Positions 61,021 through 64,000 of a stretch of 64,000 nt of DNA are shown here, piece after piece (within the stretch, counting starts at the first letter, position 1; the number at the start of each line of letters is the position of its first letter). The notes under the pieces were generated by a model. That model did no database searches, was not told the origin of the DNA, and was given only the letters and a program-made list of their open reading frames with translations. The translations under genes and the position numbers were made by a program. Source of the DNA: Patescibacteria group bacterium (GTDB lineage Bacteria; Patescibacteriota; Patescibacteriia; 2-12-FULL-60-25); the NCBI GenBank assembly GCA_041661725.1, contig JBAZTX010000003.1:218794-282793 (forward strand), read 5' to 3'.

Positions 61021-61947
61021 ATGAACAATCCCGAACAAATACAGTCCGCCGCGCAAGAGAGTGAAGACTCCGGAGTGCGGGAGAAAAATGAAAGATTGAC
61101 GCTGCGTGTCAAACCGGATGAGGCGCTTGAGCCATACGAAGAAAACATTAAGCCTCAATTGGAGAGATATGTCGCAAATGCGGGGGAGTTTTTGAATCAA
61201 CTGCATGTTTTGCGCGATCTCGAAAAAAGTAATTTTTCCAAAGATAAAGAATCAATAAAAAATGCAAAAGAAAACTTACTTTCTTTGTTCAATGCAAAGT
61301 TGTTTGTAGATTTTTACGGTCGCGACAGCGGTGAGGCGCTTGAGAGTTTGTCCGGTCTGCTGGATCTGCCGGAAGATGTAAAAGAAGAATTGCAAAATAG
61401 GGTTTTAGCACGTTCTTCAAAAGATGTTGCAACTTTGCGGCAAAAGCAAGAGGAGATAACACAGACGGAGATTGATGTTAATCCTCCAATTGCATCAGCG
61501 TTTGAAGATGCACCTGTGGCAATCCCTGTGGCGGAAGTTTCTACATCCCGTCAAATCCCCAAAGAAAAACCTGCAGCTGAGACGGAAAGCGAAAATGAAT
61601 TAATGATGAAATTGACGCTTGCCAAAAGAGTTTTGCGCGATATGGAGAAAGAGCTCAGGAAGAACTATGCAGACGCTGAAGGTGATGAGAGAAAAACTAT
61701 AAAATTAAAATTGGATGAAAACGGCAAGCTGCAAGATCGTTTGGCAAATGAGTTAGATGACGTTTTAAGTCAAATGCCATCGCTGCATCAAGGAGAAAGA
61801 GATTTGTTTCCTGATCAAGGCAGCGAGCATATGGTTGTTGTAAGGCAGTCTCTTGCTAAGGTTCTGACTGATATTAATAAATTCATTGAGAAGCAGACGA
61901 ACGGCGTCATTCATCAGCCTTCTGATTGGCTCGAGCTAAATAGATAA
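61021..61947 (+). CDS. Acidic, helical/disordered hypothetical protein
   Basis: 308 aa, E/K/D/L-rich, ending ...HQPSDWLELNR. It is convergent with a small CxxC protein gene 21 nt away. Confidence 0.65.
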   Translation: MNNPEQIQSAAQESEDSGVREKNERLTLRVKPDEALEPYEENIKPQLERYVANAGEFLNQLHVLRDLEKSNFSKDKESIKNAKENLLSLFNAKLFVDFYGRDSGEALESLSGLLDLPEDVKEELQNRVLARSSKDVATLRQKQEEITQTEIDVNPPIASAFEDAPVAIPVAEVSTSRQIPKEKPAAETESENELMMKLTLAKRVLRDMEKELRKNYADAEGDERKTIKLKLDENGKLQDRLANELDDVLSQMPSLHQGERDLFPDQGSEHMVVVRQSLAKVLTDINKFIEKQTNGVIHQPSDWLELNR

Positions 61948-61967
61948 AAAAAGAGGACCCAGATGGG

Positions 61968-62330
61968 TCAAGATGCGCAGAGCTCGATCATAGCTCTGCG
62001 TATTTCGTTTAGCTTGTTAGTCGCCTGCCTTGAGACGCCGAGTTGTTCCGCTTTTGGCAGAGCGGCGGCAATGCAGCGCGGGAAATTTTCGAAGTGTTCC
62101 CAGTCCGGCATATCGTCGGCAAATGCTTCATTGAGCTGCGGTGTTCCCCGCAGAATGTCAAGAAAGGCATTGATCAACACTACGAAATCCCATTGCTTGA
62201 AGGTGCTTTCGCGAGCAACCTTCCTACACATCTCGTGGGTCGGGTTGCCGTTGCCGTCAATCACGATCTCTTCGGCCGTTGATCCGGGTTGATTACAATG
62301 GATGCAGACGAGATTGGAGTTCACGTCCAT
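61968..62330 (-). CDS. Small GC-rich CxxC...HxxC (zinc-ribbon-like) protein, paralog 1
   Basis: 120 aa. N-terminus is VCIHCNQP-x17-THEMC. SD gaggtg. The 5' region is homologous to that of 63451-63879. Confidence 0.65.
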   Translation of the reverse strand: MDVNSNLVCIHCNQPGSTAEEIVIDGNGNPTHEMCRKVARESTFKQWDFVVLINAFLDILRGTPQLNEAFADDMPDWEHFENFPRCIAAALPKAEQLGVSRQATNKLNEIRRAMIELCAS

Positions 62331-62442
62331 GATGCACCTCGTTTTGAGCGGTTTGGAGCATGACCGAGTAGTCCTCGGCCGAATGGAGCACCTTGGCAGA
62401 TATATTGAATCATGTCAAGGCTAAAAGGTAAAAAAACCGGCT

Positions 62443-62471
62443 TTGACAAAAGGGTAAAAAAATGCTATACT
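62443..62471 (+). promoter_or_regulatory. Near-consensus sigma70 promoter upstream of 62601-63404
   Basis: TTGACA, 17 nt spacer, TATACT. The ~125 nt leader ends in the hairpin cccaagc-gatta-gcttggg + tttaaaatt (62558-62585), 16 nt before the ATG. Confidence 0.65.
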
Positions 62472-62600
62472 GTATTAAGTAAATCAAAATAAAAGCTAAG
62501 TTATGCAGAGTTCGCGTATTGATTCAAGATTTTATACATCATAAAAAGTTAAAAACGCCCAAGCGATTAGCTTGGGTTTAAAATTAACAAAAACAAAAAT

Positions 62601-63404
62601 ATGTATTCACCCGAAATGAAGTTATCGCCCGAGAACATACCGCAGCTTCCGGACAAGGACGTTGAGTCTGTAAGGACATCGCCTTCTGAAATGGCGCCGA
62701 CTATTAAGATGCTTAAGCCGGAAGATGTGCACGGCCCGTTGGAAGCGATGCCGGAGACTTTGGTGAAAACAGTCAGGCCGGAGGCCGTTGGGATGGAAGA
62801 GTATGTTGAGCCGGACGAGTCTATTACTTTAAAAACAGATGCTACTGTCGCTCGCGAAAAACAATCGCTCGCCGAAAAAGCGCCGACAGTCAGAACTGAG
62901 GAATCTGTTGCGCTTAAAGCTTCGGAAGTCCAAACATTTAAAACAGGCGAGACGGTCGCAAGAGAAGATGCTTTGGCAAAAGCGAGAGCCGATTTTCATG
63001 AAAGCGGGATTGCGGCATCCAAAGAAACGATTAGAAATTTCGATCAGATGCACATGGAGTATGATGCAATCCACGATCGCGTAACAAAGTGGCTGGATAA
63101 GCTGGACGAGATGCTTGCACAACCAAGTCCTTTGTCCGAACTTGCCGGTCTTAAAGATCAGGCGATGAAAGCAAAAGCACAGATCGAGGGCCAGCTTGAT
63201 TTGGAACAGTACGGTATTGCAAAATCAGAATCGGGTGCTGCCCCGTTTAAGGTTGAAGTTCCCACCGACTGGCCGCAGCTTGAGGCTCGTTTAAATGAAA
63301 TAGCGGAAACGATGAAAGCCGGACATACTTTGAGGGAGCAGCCATTGCCCACCATCAAAGAACAGCCGACAGCCAACGCTCAAGGTCCTGAAGCAACGGC
63401 GTAA
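62601..63404 (+). CDS. Acidic, disordered/helical hypothetical protein
   Basis: 267 aa with repeated (K/R)(T/P)E-type segments. It contains ...VPTDWPQLEARLNE, reminiscent of the PSDWLELN end of 61021-61947. Confidence 0.65.
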   Translation: MYSPEMKLSPENIPQLPDKDVESVRTSPSEMAPTIKMLKPEDVHGPLEAMPETLVKTVRPEAVGMEEYVEPDESITLKTDATVAREKQSLAEKAPTVRTEESVALKASEVQTFKTGETVAREDALAKARADFHESGIAASKETIRNFDQMHMEYDAIHDRVTKWLDKLDEMLAQPSPLSELAGLKDQAMKAKAQIEGQLDLEQYGIAKSESGAAPFKVEVPTDWPQLEARLNEIAETMKAGHTLREQPLPTIKEQPTANAQGPEATA

Positions 63405-63450
63405 AATTATTAAAAAAAGAGCCCTCACTTCCAGAGTCGAAGTGGGGGTT

Positions 63451-63879
63451 TTAGTTTGCGCCGGTAGAAGCCAGATGTCGTATCCGGTCCCGCAGACCGT
63501 CGACCGTCTCGACCAGACGGGATTTGTTGTTGGTTGTGAAAGACGAGCTCTCAACCAACTTCGACGCCTGATCCAGACACTTGATGTAGTCGATGATGGT
63601 AGCCTCTCCGGGCACCCAGTATTCCCTGAAAAGCTCCATGAGCTCGTCAAGGGGTTTCGGTAATTCGCGGCAGAGCGCGGTGTATGCCTTGAGCCAGAGG
63701 CCATGGGCTGTGGACGCGATCGCGAGCTGATGCACATCTTTTTTCAAGCAGCGGCGATGCATATTCGCCTCGCTCTCGTATTTATACTCCGGGCCGTGCA
63801 GAATCGGTTGTTCGCAGAGCTTGCAGACCGGTTGTGTCGAGGATGAATCCAGGGGCTGTCTGATGGTTTTGGTGCTCAT
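63451..63879 (-). CDS. Small GC-rich CxxC...HxxC (zinc-ribbon-like) protein, paralog 2
   Basis: 142 aa. N-terminus is VCKLCEQP-x15-MHRRC. SD gaggtg. TTGACA lies at 63959-63964 (minus strand). Confidence 0.65.
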   Translation of the reverse strand: MSTKTIRQPLDSSSTQPVCKLCEQPILHGPEYKYESEANMHRRCLKKDVHQLAIASTAHGLWLKAYTALCRELPKPLDELMELFREYWVPGEATIIDYIKCLDQASKLVESSSFTTNNKSRLVETVDGLRDRIRHLASTGAN

Positions 63880-64000
63880 GACTCACCTCGTTTTTGGTTG
63901 GGAGCGCGGCTCCGCGTGAACGGAACCGAATGGGATAGCTTGGCAAAAATCCGGGTTTTTGTCAAGATGTCTGTATATGAATTTGGACAAAGTTATTATA

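Noticed and set aside
1-64000. An alternative genetic code (UGA recoding, as seen in some candidate phyla).
   Set aside because: Conserved genes end at TGA where orthologue length predicts (uppP at 28021-28023, for example). Long ORFs are uninterrupted under the standard code.

Overview
This 64 kb window looks like it comes from a reduced-genome bacterium whose core genes mostly lack Shine-Dalgarno (SD) sequences. The gene content fits an uncultivated Patescibacteria/CPR-type lineage, but that is an inference only. I call about 74 protein genes and one tRNA-His. I see no rRNA, CRISPR array, transposase or integrase. The core genes appear AT-leaning by eye (roughly mid-40s %GC, not computed). 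They include tig, recQ, cdd, an ABC exporter, uppP, hflX, the membrane pyrophosphatase hppA, glpK, gpsA, an Rrf2-IscS-NifU cluster, rpsF-ssb-rpsR and a dCMP deaminase. Four things stand out. (1) At 19.5-23.9 kb a free-standing PPDK_N ATP-grasp gene is followed by three paralogous genes. Each pairs a variable N-terminal domain with a phosphohistidine swivel domain, and no PEP/pyruvate TIM barrel is present, so it resembles a split rifampin-phosphotransferase. (2) About a dozen visibly GC-richer orphan genes or gene groups are scattered among the core genes. Most have a strong SD; nine have a TTGACA-type -35 box at 16-17 nt from a -10 box, and most have a hairpin terminator. Some are bracketed by repeat copies. 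(3) Several families of short palindromic or stuttering repeats sit at gene boundaries. They are also inserted in frame inside conserved genes (glpK, iscS, hflX, uppP, a MEMO-like gene and an A2M-like gene). (4) There are unusual fusions and pairings. These are an ECF sigma factor coupled to a membrane-anchored, thioester-less alpha-2-macroglobulin, a GH18/degenerate-CE4/GT2 fusion, a CDP-alcohol transferase next to a sphingomyelin-synthase-like PAP2_C protein, and an AT-rich radical-SAM + MazG islet beside tRNA-His. All functional calls come from motifs read by eye in the ORF translations. No database search was run.
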